A stretch of DNA of 61,792 bases, the filler included, from Pirum gemmata (taxonomy: Eukaryota): NCBI GenBank assembly GCA_002812295.1. It is 18 parts of 18 records of this genome, joined end to end, with 100 filler letters (N's around TTAATTAATTAA, not from the genome) between each part and the next. Parts side by side here need not be neighbours in the genome. Positions count along the whole stretch, not along the records: positions 21,832 to 24,791 come from PDIN01003993.1; positions 24,892 to 27,829 come from PDIN01003994.1; positions 27,930 to 30,873 come from PDIN01003995.1; positions 30,974 to 34,534 come from PDIN01003996.1; positions 34,635 to 37,606 come from PDIN01003997.1; 13 more parts are not named here. The stretch is one strand, 5' to 3'. Below are positions 23,057 through 35,349 of the stretch, one piece after another. Within the stretch, counting starts at the first letter, position 1. Each line of letters starts with the position of its first letter. Under the pieces are notes generated by a model. The model had not been told where the DNA came from. It made no database searches and saw only the letters and a list, made by a program, of their open reading frames with translations. The translations under genes and the position numbers were made by a program.

Positions 23057-25955
23057 GCCTAGGTGATTAGCTAAACTATAGAATAAATATTTTCCAAAGT
23101 AATGGTTGCACTGGTTTGTGAATTAAGAGGGAAAATGGTTGGTAGGTGAAAGGAAATCAGACATCGGGGTTTTTAACCAAGTTTAGTGTTTTTTCTCCCT
23201 TTTTTGTGAGTTTTTTTTATGCCTAATTTCAACTGTCTAATTTTAAAAGTGTACTTACAATAAAGAGCACCAAATTAATACCATATAAATCCATTTCATT
23301 TAATTTGGTATATTATATTATATATTTATTCATTTGAAAATGTCAACTTAAATATTATAACCAACCAAATAAATATTCAAAGTGACAAAATAAATGAAAA
23401 GCACTATAAAAACAGGGTTTGCAGAAACACCTGGAGTACTCACCCTTACCCAAAAAACCAATCTTTATTGNGTTAATTAATATTTTTATATAATCAACTA
23501 TTATTTTATTTACGAAAGTAGTTTTTGTTATGTATCACTAGTTTCTGTTTTTTTAATAAAAAAGGGGTTTGAGTATGTTGGCGCGTTTTTTTTTTTTTAA
23601 TTAAATTAAAAGTGGCCAAAACACAATTTCCATAATAGAATGGTAGAAAAAAACTAGGACTCGGCGAGAGCGCAAAGTGATTAAATGAAAAGGAGAGTCT
23701 GCCCCTTCATTTAACATGTTAGGGATAACAAACCCAAACCCTAATTTATATTTTTTGGATTTCTAATTCTAATTCTCTCTAGTTCTGGAGTTTTACCAGC
23801 CACCAGTTAGTACCCATCAATAAGGTTTTGAAGAAAACTTACAAAATCGACTCATTTATTCGTTCATTCCTCGAACTTGTGAGGTCGATTTTGTAAGTTT
23901 TTGAAAATACCGAGTCAAAATTGCAAAAATATTTTTGAACCTATCGAATCGATTTTGTAAGAACAGAGCTCGCGCACGGAAGATCAAAAGGATTCATTCA
24001 TTTTTTTTTTTCCTTTTCTGTTTTTTTGATGAATCAAATACGGTATTAAATTTTCGCTAGGAGATACGGGAAAATATAATCGAACCAAACAGCTCGATCC
24101 TAATTATTAAATAGTAACAATTTTGAAATGATAATCTTTTTTTTTTTCGAGTTTCAAGTTTTTTCTATGAAATTTCTAAGAATTTCGAAGAATTTTTTAA
24201 TGAAATCAAAAATGAGTCAATACACTGTCAATACTTAAAATTATATCGAAAAATTTCAAAAGTTTCGAAATAGTCTCGATTCGATGGTTTTTCCCGATTC
24301 CAGGATCCAATAAGGTATTTAAATTTCCTATTTGAGCAAATGATTATTTGAATTCAATTTTTTTTACTACTACAACGGTTTAGATAGATGGTGGTACACT
24401 GCACCAAAATAAAACAACACAAACATACAATTGAAAAAATTCAAAGCAAAATATAAAAATCCAGAAAAGGAATTATTTACAACAAACAACAAACCAGGAG
24501 TGGCGGCAAAAATAAAGCCTCCAATAAAATACAATGCAACAGCAGCCGGTGCATGGTATTGGTAAAAACGAGACACAATGAATACGATTAAAAAAATAAG
24601 CGTAGGATAAAAAATTCCATTGGACAAAGAATGAAAATCTGTATTAAAAATGTATTTTTATTTTATTAAACACAAAAAATGAAGTAGATTAATAAAACTT
24701 ATTTTTATTGTTTTTATCATCATTATTTCAGTAATCATAATAATTATAACAATGATATAATAACAATGATAATAAATATAATAATAATAATNNNNNNNNN
24801 NNNNNNNNNNNNNNNNNNNNNNNNNNNNNNNNNNNTTAATTAATTAANNNNNNNNNNNNNNNNNNNNNNNNNNNNNNNNNNNNNNNNNNNNACAAAAATA
24901 CCCTTCTAGATTCAATTTCATGTTCAGATTTTTCCATCTTCAGATTTTTTACTGGTATGTTTTAGTTAATTTGGTATTATATACTTTTAATGTTGCACTT
25001 AAACAGTACCAAATTAAAGATTGAGAGGATAATTGTGATGAAACAGGCGATAGATACCCTACCAAATAAATATTTAGAGTGAAAAAATTAATGAAAAACA
25101 ATAACAATTATTTTTTTTAATAATAATATGCATAAATAATTAAAATATCATAATATTATTATCATATTATATAATATTATTAATATATCTATATATTTTT
25201 AATATATATAGTCTAGTATAGTATGTGTATTCTTATTATAATTATTAGAGTTTATTAGTAGGCCTTTACTAGTCTATAATTTCTATTGATTTATTTTTTT
25301 AAAAAAAAAAAAAAATGACTTTGTTCTCCAATGATATTGTTCTTTTGTATTCCGTGTGTGCACCAATTTACTTTTTCTTTTCTTTGTTTCAAATTTCAAA
25401 CAAGCAAAGAACAGAAGCTCAAAAAATAAAACCCTGACCAGTTTCTAATTGTTATTCAATATTTATTATATCATTTCATATTCATATTTCTTATGATATT
25501 CAACCAAAATAATAAACATTGGTTATACGTTAGACATTTAAGCAACTATACGATTATATTATACTATATTATCGTAAGTATCATAACATTCCCTAACCCC
25601 AATTATAAATCTAACACCCTAATCCTAAACTTTTAAACTTAAACATTTTAAAAACCTAATCCTTACCCTAACGCTAACACTAACGCTAACACCAACGCTA
25701 ATTATAAACTCCTTAATATTAACCTTAAAACATTAACCCTAACCCTAACCCTAACCCTAACCCTAACCTTAACCCTAACCTTAACCCTAACCCTAACCCT
25801 AACCCTAACCCTAACCCTAACCAACCCTAATTATTATAATAAGCTTATACTAAATAACCCTAACTCTAAACCTAAACCTTAACCTAACCCTAACTCCAAC
25901 CCTAACTTTAAACCTAAATTTAAACCTAACAGTCCCTAACCTTGATACTAATATT

Positions 25956-26139
25956 GTGCTTTTCAGTTGTTTTGTCATCATAAAATATTTAATAAAATTA
26001 ATAGTGCCAAAGTACTACAATATAAATCCAATTTATTTACTTTGGTAAATATATTTTATTATCCATGTATTGATTTAAAAATGCCAATTTAAAGATTATA
26101 TCCATCCAAATAAATATTCAGAGTGACAAAATAAATGAA
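25956..26139. mobile_element. MITE family C copy (~185 bp)
   Basis: Left end GTGCTTTTCAGTTGTTTTGTCA and right end TGACAAAATAAATGAA; interior shared with the other family C copies. Confidence 0.75.
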
Positions 26140-26584
26140 TACATACATATATATAGAAACCCGCCACACTAATTATTTATAAACGGATAATTATCTAATT
26201 CTTATGGGTTCCTCTTATAATAACCCTTACCCTTTAGAACTACTGTTTTATAATATTGGAATTTGGAATCCTAATTAGATATCTATATATAATTTTTTTT
26301 GTAACTCTGAATTGAATTCCCTCTACTCGCTTCTCCCTTCACAAAGGCTATCATATATTTACTATCATAATACTATTATTATCATAGACTCAAGTAGAGT
26401 CTAGGTTAGGGATACGTCACGTCAAGGGGTAGGTAGGTAGGTGGTATTTGACCAGAAATTTACGTCAAGGGGTAGGTAAGGAGAGGTATTTGAAGCTGTA
26501 TTTGCTGGGAAGTTGGCGTTACCTAGTATTTGAACTTTCCCTTATGGTAGACTATTATAAATTATTATTGCACTTTGTAGAGTA

Positions 26585-26809
26585 GGGGTGAGATGACGTC
26601 ATTTTATTATTAACGCACAGCTGCCGGAACTTTTCCGATTTTATGGTTTTTATTACTATTAATGTTAATATTATCACTTTAATTGGTATCTACTATAATT
26701 AGATTTACTATTTTAAGCTATTTAACTCCTATTATTAGTAAGAAACACGGAACTAAGGTTGGCTCGATAAGCATCTGTTCGAAAAAAGTTACAATAGATA
26801 TCTCACCCC
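26585..26809. mobile_element. MITE family D (GGGGTGAGAT...ATCTCACCCC, flanked AGTA/TACT)
   Basis: Perfect terminal inverted repeat. A near-identical copy at 55974-56170 lacks a ~30-bp internal segment. Confidence 0.8.
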
Positions 26810-27549
26810 TACTCTTTGTAGTCTTGTAGACTCTGTTTGTGATTCTTTACTAGTCTGTTTAGAGTCTTTAGACTAGTCTGTAGATAAACTTTCAGATATT
26901 ATTTTTTATAAAGTAAAAATCCAACAAATCACAGCAAGGATCTCCACTTTTAGAGGTGCAAAAATCATGTTTTTCGGTTCTAACTTCTCATAAGAAATAT
27001 ATATACACCAATCCAACCTCTAATCGGTTATTATTAAAAATCCTACCTTTTCCGAAATCCTGAAATGGGACATGAAATTGACCTGAATCACTCAATTTTC
27101 CATTTATTGTAAATTTTGGAATACTATCCAATGAAATTACATTAAAGTAACATTTGAATAACATTTGAAAGAAAAGTATTGATATTTACATTCATTTCCA
27201 TTTAGGGAAATGCGGTTTCTAACAAAATTAACCCGCAACAAGCCTATAAGAGTAATATGATACTCGCTATAGCCTATAGTCGCTAGCTTTAGGAGATAGA
27301 TTATGATATAAGTTCATATAACTGATCATATATGATAGAAGATTTCCAAACCCCCCAAAAAATAGAAGCAGACCCCTCCCAAAAGAATAGAAGTCGAACT
27401 GTCGAACCCATCTTAAATTGTTGCCGATCGAAGCTCAAGCAAAACAAACGAAGCAAACGTGATATTTGAAAGCTAAACTAGACTCTAGATATTCATATGC
27501 ATAGATTTTAAAAACTCCAGTTATTCATACTATTTTTAGAAGAATCATA

Positions 27550-27731
27550 TTGCTTTTCAGTTATTTTGTCGTCATAAAACATACAATAAATAGTACCAAA
27601 TTAATACAATATAAACCCATTTCATTTAATTTGGTATATTTTATTATATGTTTATTTATTTAAAAGTATCAATTTGAATAATATAAACAACCAAATAAAT
27701 ATTCGGAGTGACAAAATAAATGAACAGCACA
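27550..27731. mobile_element. MITE family C, the most abundant family here
   Basis: TIR consensus GTGCTTTTCA(G/T)TTATTTTGTC. Other copies or fragments at ~15707-15786, 23240-23406, 24960-25097, 27930-28020, 28103-28288 (inverted) and 55795-55903 (inverted); relatives at ~41270, 48605 and 50590. Confidence 0.8.
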
Positions 27732-28535
27732 ATACATAGTCTAGTAGAGGTAGATATAGTCTACTACTAGCTAAGGGAGCGTTCAAATACTACGTAACAC
27801 TTACGGGTTGGTAGGGGGGGGTAGAATTTNNNNNNNNNNNNNNNNNNNNNNNNNNNNNNNNNNNNNNNNNNNNTTAATTAATTAANNNNNNNNNNNNNNN
27901 NNNNNNNNNNNNNNNNNNNNNNNNNNNNNTCTTTTATTATATATTTATTCATTTAAAAATGTCAATTTAAATATTATAACCCTCCAAATAAATATTCAGA
28001 GTGACAAAATAAACTAAAACAACGACTGAAAATAATGATAAATAATTTCCTAATAGACTCTACTAGCTAGTTAGTATAAACTGATTATGATTATAATATG
28101 ATAGTACTTTTCATTTATTTTGCCACTCATAATAATATTTATTTGGTTGTTTATAATATTTAAATTGATACTTTTAAATAAATAAATATATAATAAAATA
28201 TACCAAATTAAATAAAATGGATTTATATTATATTAATTTGGTATCATTTATTGTATATTTTATGAGGATAAAACAACTGAAAAGCACTACATGTAATAGA
28301 CATAGATCTAGACTATTAGACAAGCCTTTAGAAGACAAGCCTTTAGACATGCAGACAAATTAATTAATATAGACTCTAGCTAGTGATAAATCCACTATGA
28401 TAAATCCCTTTAGCAAAAACAATAACAATAACAATAACAATAACAATAACAATAACAATAAATAATAATAATAATAACAATAATAACAATAATAACAATA
28501 ACAATAACAATAACAATAACAATAATTATAACATG

Positions 28536-28607
28536 TAGACCACTAATTGATATCCTGTTAGTTCTAGACTTGTTTCTACAACTAACAGGATATCAATTAG
28601 TGGTCTA
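28536..28607. repeat. 72-nt near-perfect hairpin (28-bp perfect arms)
   Basis: TAGACCACTAATTGATATCCTGTTAGTT (28536-28563) is the exact reverse complement of 28580-28607. It sits inside an (ACAATA)n microsatellite. Confidence 0.9.
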
Positions 28608-29195
28608 TACAATAACAATAACAATAACAATATTAATAAGAACAGTAGCAACAACATAACAACAACAATACAATATAACACTAACAATAATTATTAAATA
28701 ATTATAATAAAATAAATAATAAATAAAATCATTATTTATACGTTGTCAATGTTACACTGATCAAGTCTGATAATTCTGATAATCCCTGATAATCCTATTA
28801 GATACTATTAGATACTAAATAGCAACAAAATTTATTATTTTTATTTTTATTTTATTTTTTTTTCTCACTCTTTTATCTCACTTTTATCAGTCTTTTTTTT
28901 TTAAAAAAATGATTGATTTATCTTTTTTATCTGCCGAAGATCTGCCTATTATTTTGTGTCAACAATTTTTTTTTTAAACTATGATACGATAATAACACAA
29001 ACTTTTTTTGTTGTTGTTTTGCTTTGTTGTGTCCTAATTTCTCTCCTGAAAACTCAAAATAAAAATAAAAATAAGTAAAATGTATAAATACGTGTACAAA
29101 TTTCAGTTTTCTTTTCAAATAAATAAAAAATATTTCAAATAAATAAAAAATAAATATTATAAATAATTAATTATTAATAGATAAATAAAACTATA

Positions 29196-29750
29196 ATGTT
29201 TTCTGTTTTTGCTGTGGCCACTTTTGCTTTAGCCGCGACTACTGCTATTAATGCTTCTTCAATTTCTCAAGAAGATTCATTAGCAAAATGCAATAAACAA
29301 TTTGATATGGTTGTAGAGAAAAAAAGATGCTTCTTTTTCTCCACTGATGAAGGCAAAAAGGAATGTTTATTAACACAGATGAAGTTGGATAAAAAGTGTA
29401 TTTCATATGTTGAATCTCTAGGAAGACTTGCCGAATTGGAACCACCATTACAAAAATGCTTGGCAGAATTAAGAGAAAAAGAACATGATGAATTAAATAT
29501 TAGCATTTCCGATACTCGTTTCCTACTACAGTTAAACTTAACCAGCAATTGTGTGGATATTCTTGTTGATTTTTTTAGATGCAATCAACAATTTGTTAAG
29601 ATTGTAGAAGAGGAAAAAAAATGCTTCTTTGAAGATGATGAAAAAAAAAGACAATGTTTAAAACAAATGGGCTTGGTTGATACGTGTATTTCAGATCTTC
29701 AAGCTATAGGAGGATTTGAAAGTTTGGAACCTGCCAAGTTAAAAGATTAG
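29196..29750 (+). CDS. Small secreted Cys-rich protein with an internal duplication
   Basis: Signal peptide MFSVFAVATFALAATTAINA, then two copies of CN.QF..(I/V)VE...CFF..DE.K..CL..QM.L...CIS....G....LEP. Confidence 0.75.
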   Translation: MFSVFAVATFALAATTAINASSISQEDSLAKCNKQFDMVVEKKRCFFFSTDEGKKECLLTQMKLDKKCISYVESLGRLAELEPPLQKCLAELREKEHDELNISISDTRFLLQLNLTSNCVDILVDFFRCNQQFVKIVEEEKKCFFEDDEKKRQCLKQMGLVDTCISDLQAIGGFESLEPAKLKD

Positions 29751-31276
29751 TTTGGAACCCGTTTCACTACCACTACAAAAATGATTAAGAAAAACAAAGT
29801 GATGATATTGACCAAATTGAAAGGTTAAAGGAATTACCTTGTCACTTTTTCACTTACTGGGTGAATGCTATTCATGATATATATGTATTATTTATTATTA
29901 TTATTATTTATTATTTATTAGTTATTATTTATTATAATAGTCTGATGTGGTTGAAGGATGTTGCCATTTTTTTTTTCTATCCATCATAATATTATATAAT
30001 CCCAGATTTTGTAATAAAAATTTTTTTTTTCATTTTTTTTTTTAAACAAAAAAAGTCCCCGTAACTTCATACCACCTACCCCTAAACCATACACAAAAAA
30101 AAATGGGTCACCCGTAACACCCCACCATCTAACCCTGACACCTAACCATAAACCTTTAAAAAAAAATAAAAAAAAAAAATGAAACGCTTTGGAATGCGTT
30201 TTATAAAATAATTTTTTAATACAAGAATAACTAACTAATAACTAATAATACTCTAATAATACTCTAATAATTATTATTGATATCTAGACTATTTAGATTT
30301 TTAAAAGGTAATTATGTAAATTTTTTTGTGAATTCGTCAGCTACTGATGGGTATCCGCTACTGTCCCTAAGGCTACATATTGTACATCTATAGTCAATTA
30401 GACTAATAGAAACACTTCTTCAAAATAGATTTGGTAACCAATCCATTGAAATACAAAGTATTTTGGATTATGCGAGTAATCATGCGAATCAACCTGTTGT
30501 CGTTGATTACTGTCTACCAGAGGAAGAAAATACCGGTACCCTTAATAAAACAGGGGAGAATAATGAGAGAACGGGCCGTTTGTTAGTGATTATTATCAAC
30601 CAATTTCAAACAAAGAAAAGGACCTTAGCAAAACAGATAATTATTATCAATTGGAACCAATTTCAAATGAAAACAAAATCCTTAGCAAAACAGATGTTTA
30701 TTATCAACCAATTTCAAGTGAAAAAAAAATCATTTGTGATACAATATGTGAAATAAGAAATAGTTGCACATAGTTGAACCACCAAACACTTATATAAGCA
30801 ATCATGGAAAACGACAAAATGAAGAAAGATCATCTTTTATTTTTATATTTTATTATTATTATTATTATTATTANNNNNNNNNNNNNNNNNNNNNNNNNNN
30901 NNNNNNNNNNNNNNNNNTTAATTAATTAANNNNNNNNNNNNNNNNNNNNNNNNNNNNNNNNNNNNNNNNNNNNTTATTTATTGTATCAACATACCGGTGT
31001 TTTGTATCATATTATTATTATTATTTATACTTATCATTATATTATCTTAGTCTACACTTATACTTATCTAACCACAACCACAACCACAACCACAACCACA
31101 ACCACAACAACAACCGGAAAGTACAACCATAAACACAAGCACTACTACCACCACCACCACAACAATAGCCATATCAACAACCACCACAACCATATCAACA
31201 ACGACAACCACCACCACCCCCACCACCACCGCAACAACAACAACAGGGGTGGGATTTTTTTTTTTCAATGTAACAA

Positions 31277-31550
31277 TGACTATAGACATCTCGCGTTTTG
31301 CTGATTTAGATATAGATGAATTGTTAGATAAATTACCTACACCAATCACTACTACTCAATCTCTTAATAATGCAAATAATAATAGCAGTGGTAGTATAAG
31401 CGGGGCCAATGGCCTTGTCAAAAATAATAGCAGTAACAACATTATTAATAATGAAAATGAAGAACAAAAAGAGAGTCCCAAAGTGCAAGTTAAGCTTTCC
31501 AAGACGTTTACTACTACCATGACCACAGCACCAGAGTATTATTATTATAT
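31277..31550 (+). CDS. Possible first exon of an uncharacterised gene
   Basis: ATG-led open stretch MTIDISRFADLDIDELLDKLPTP...TTAPE that runs into an AT-rich tract and N gap. Confidence 0.3.
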
Positions 31551-31565
31551 ATNNNNNNNNNNNNN

Positions 31566-31860
31566 TATATATATTGATATGATCGATTATTTTTTTTAAA
31601 AAAATCCAATTTCCGAACAAAATCGAAATCAAATATAGAGTAATAAGGCATGATCGATTTAATATATATAATATTGATATGATCGATTTTTTTTAAAAAA
31701 AATCCAATTTCCGAACATAATCGAAACCAAATATAGAGTAATAAGGCATGATTGATTTTTTCTTTTCAAAAAAAATTGAATATTGACATAAACGATTTTT
31801 TTTAAAAAAAAAAAAATTACAATTTTCGAACATAATTGTATATAGAGTAATAAGGTACCA
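31566..31860. repeat. ~105-bp tandem repeat x3
   Basis: ATATTGATATGATCGAT.TTTTTTTAAAAAAA..CAATTTCCGAACA..ATATAGAGTAATAAGG repeated. Confidence 0.8.
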
Positions 31861-32944
31861 TCGATATTGTTGATATGCTCGATTATTTTCATGTACATAT
31901 CAAAAAAAGGTGGCAGTTCGAAAGCTCGAACCGAATATGGTAGTGTCATTTATTTTTCATTCGATCATATAAAAAACATAGTGATTCGACTAATTCAGAA
32001 AAAACCGAATTCACGTTCGAAACCATATTGCATACCATTCCGAACCCTCGTGCAGTTCGAATACATACAGCAAACCGAATCTAAAAAAAAATTATAATTG
32101 TTCGCAAAAAACTGGGCTCGATACGAACCCTCTTGAATGCAAGTGATAAACTGTAGAAATATTTTTTTTTAAGACTGCTTTTCTAAAAACCTTTAGTGCT
32201 ATAACTGGCCAAATTATTTTTAAAAACTAGCCATTGGTTCATAATAGAGTTTTCTTAGTTAGATGATTCTCAAAATTTGGTAGTACTTTCATTAAAATTG
32301 GATCATTTTGTGATTTTTTGGATTTTTGAGCTCATATAGCGGATGTCGCCATTTTTATCCGGCAATGAAAAACATTTTCTCGATCAACGTCATGTTTTTC
32401 CCAATCAAACATATAAAAAACATAGTGATTCGATTCATAATTAAGAAAACAAACTAAACCTTGTTACTTCACTATCAATCATATTTTTATTATTATAAAA
32501 ATCATATATATATGACAATTATGGTAAAACAATTTCTCAATCCATGTAATGTATTTCTCAATCAAACATATAAAAACATAGTGATTCGATTCAAAATGAA
32601 TAAAACGAGCTAAATAACGTCATCGTTCTTTCTGACTTAGCTCATTCACCAACAGTTTTTTCTCAACAAAATCTAATCCAACAACAACAACAAAAAAAAA
32701 CCACACACACACATATATTATTATTCAGTTTGAGCTTGTTGAACACAGCGAAGTGCTCTACAGCGCAAAGCGCAACACCGAAACGCGCAACAAGATAAAA
32801 AAAAAAGGGAAGCACAAAAACAAGAATCACGCTGCTTGCGTAACAAGAAAAAAAAAGTATATAAAACCAGAGCCACGCTGGTTTATATCATACAGAAAAA
32901 ACCCTCTTTAATTTTTATACTAAATTATTTGTAACTCCACAAAC

Positions 32945-33387
32945 ATTTGTCTTTTTCAGAGTGGTGATGATTGCCTGCGCAAACTAAGCACTTAATATCA
33001 TTTTTGCAATTGTGTGCTGTGTGACCAAGTTGTTGGCAGTGATAGCACTGTAAATATCTATTGTTTTTAAATAAATTTTCATTACTTGAAAGCTTATTTT
33101 CAAGCCATTTATTAATAATGTTTTTCGGTCTTCTTCCTTCCCAAATTTAATGTGCAATTTATTTTTTGGTGGATACAGTCTTTTCCTTTGGTAATTTGGG
33201 TGAAGGTGATGTTGTTTCTTTGGGCGGTTTCTTTGTATATGTTGCCCTCCAAATTGATTGTTTCAGATAGGTATATAATGCCTGAAATTGGCTTAGGTGT
33301 TACTTTGTTAGTAACTTTTACTATGCCTCGGGAGAATGCTTCGGTTGGCCAGTCAAGCAGTTGAGTTTGAGCCTGTTTGTCATCCAT
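32945..33387 (-). mobile_element. Degenerate non-LTR retrotransposon (Jockey/I-group) ORF1 fragment
   Basis: Minus strand encodes QCYHCQQLGHTAHNCKNDIKCLVCAGNHHHSEKDKC (CCHC knuckles). It is an inverted homologue of ~34070-34343. Confidence 0.75.
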
Positions 33388-33450
33388 CAGTGATTAATTT
33401 AATTATATTTCCAAAGGAAAGTTGGGGTTTGATTTTATCAGTAATTATTT

Positions 33451-33686
33451 AAGGCTCGTTTCTGCGGCGAGAGTTGGCATTGACGTTAACACCAAATCCT
33501 AGCAAATACAATTTATAACCAGCCAGACCCCACCCACATGGGCATAGCCCCCCTTCAGTTAACGTCAACACCCACCCTCTCCGCAGGGAGCGCATAAATG
33601 GCCATGAACAAGGACACTACGCCAAATGACGGCCACAAAAGATCAAACCCTCACGGGTCCGAAAGCCACCTGAAGAAACGAGCCTT
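33451..33686. mobile_element. GC-richer MITE-like element, Harbinger-like ends
   Basis: 13-bp perfect TIR AAGGCTCGTTTCT / AGAAACGAGCCTT, plus an internal inverted repeat (CTGCGG..AGAG..TTGACGTTAAC / GTTAACGTCAA..CTCTCCGCAG). Confidence 0.6.
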
Positions 33687-33879
33687 GATACCGAGACAGC
33701 AGAAAAAAACTTTAACCTTTAAATGCTAACTAGCCAAATTATTTTCAAAAAGTAGTCATTGGGTCAAAATAGAATTTTATTAGTCGGATGATTTCTCAAA
33801 ATTTGGTAGTACTTTTATTAAAATTGGATTATTTGGAGATTCTTTGGATTTCAGCTCATATGGCGCACCATTTAAAATA

Positions 33880-34480
33880 AAACTTTCACCAGAAGCAGCT
33901 GAAAAATTCGTAAATCAACCAGGATTGATTTATAATGAAGTAATTAAATACTTCCCAACCATTACCAGGTACCATTACTGATACATATAAAAAGAACCCG
34001 CTCAAAGAAATCAACCAGGATTGATTTATAATGAAGTAATTAAATACTTCCCGACCATTACCATTACTGATACATATACAAAGAAACCGGCCAAAGAAAT
34101 AACATCGCCTTCACCCGGATTACTAAAGGAAAAGACTGTGCACGTGTAGCCACCAAAAAAGTGCACATTCAATTTGAGAAAGAAGAAGACCGAAAAATAT
34201 TATTAATAAATGGCTTGATTTAAACAATAGATATTTACAGTGTTATCACTACCAACAACTTGGTCACATAGCACACAATTGCAAAAAGGATATTACGTGC
34301 CTAGTTTGCGCAGGCAACCATCACCACTCTGAAAAAGACAAATATAAAGGCCTAACAGAATGCGCAAATTGCGAAGGAGAACATGTCGCATGCTTCTCAT
34401 TACGCCCAGCCCACACATCCAGCAAGTCAGTAAACAGGGCCAACACAGAGCCCAAGAAAGAAGAGAAAATATTATTCATG
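33880..34480 (+). mobile_element. Degenerate non-LTR retrotransposon ORF1 fragment with triple zinc knuckle
   Basis: QCYHYQQLGHIAHNCKKDITCLVCAGNHHHSE then RCANCEGEHVA; frameshifted. Also has a ~96-bp internal tandem duplication at ~33912-34100. Confidence 0.75.
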
Positions 34481-34875
34481 ACGTCGACATTCCGACCATG
34501 ATTTATTATATGTCTGCATAATTATCATGTATATNNNNNNNNNNNNNNNNNNNNNNNNNNNNNNNNNNNNNNNNNNNNTTAATTAATTAANNNNNNNNNN
34601 NNNNNNNNNNNNNNNNNNNNNNNNNNNNNNNNNNTTTGAGGGGGGTTTGAGATTTTTGCTTTTCCTTTTTTTGTTGTTGTTGTTGTTGTTGTTGTAAAAA
34701 TAAAAAAAACTCCACGAAAATCTTATTTTTTTTATTTTTTATTATTCTTTATTTTTTGTAAGCTAATAAACTTCAGCTTAACAGTCATTAATAATAATAA
34801 AACGGTCGGAATATTATTATTCGTAATTTTCATTACTGCACGAATACGTCACAGCTATTACTCAGTTTTACTTAC

Positions 34876-35295
34876 TTTCTTTTTTTACTTCGGTTTTAAC
34901 TTCAAGTGGCTTGATCTCTTGTTGTTTTTGTTGTATTGGTTGCAATGGCTGAAGGTGGACATAAGGGTGAGAAGGGTGAGAAGGGTGAGAACGTCCATGA
35001 AACTGATTCGGATGTGGCGGTTGTTGACCTTCATATCCCCGATTCATGCTCATATTGATATTCATATTCATAATAGGTAAAGAGTGACGACGGGCTAAAT
35101 TATTGGGGTAAATTTGCTGTTGTTGTGGCTGTGCACAGTGGCTTTGTTTCGGGTTCTGAGCAGAGTGTATGTTATCAGGAGAATTGGGATTAACATTCGA
35201 AAAGTTACGATGTTGTGGATGATGGTGNGATGATGGTGATGAAGTTGATGGTTTAGTGAGTTGATGTTTGTTGATTCCATAACAGAAATAGACAT
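34876..35295 (-). CDS. First exon of a His/Gln/Pro-rich protein (remainder missing)
   Basis: MSISVMESTN..HHHH, an n-gap frame break at 35228, then an open frame through ...RRHSLPIMNM...VKKE ending at a GTAAGT donor (34875-34870). Confidence 0.55.
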
Positions 35296-35312
35296 TCTTT
35301 TCTTTCGTTTAA

Positions 35313-35349
<37 letters not shown>

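Noticed and set aside
24370..24627. 85-aa hydrophobic minus-strand ORF
   Set aside because: No ATG start and no recognisable family. It may be an exon of a membrane protein, but I cannot support that.
25730..25830. (CCCTAA)n as a true chromosome end
   Set aside because: Internal to the contig, short and degenerate, with other sequence on both sides.
31277..31340. Tropomodulin-like DLDIDELLDKL motif
   Set aside because: Too short, and the following sequence lacks the expected continuation.
32737..32945. Solo LTR (TGTTG...CA with TATATAAA)
   Set aside because: No TSD and no second copy in the window.
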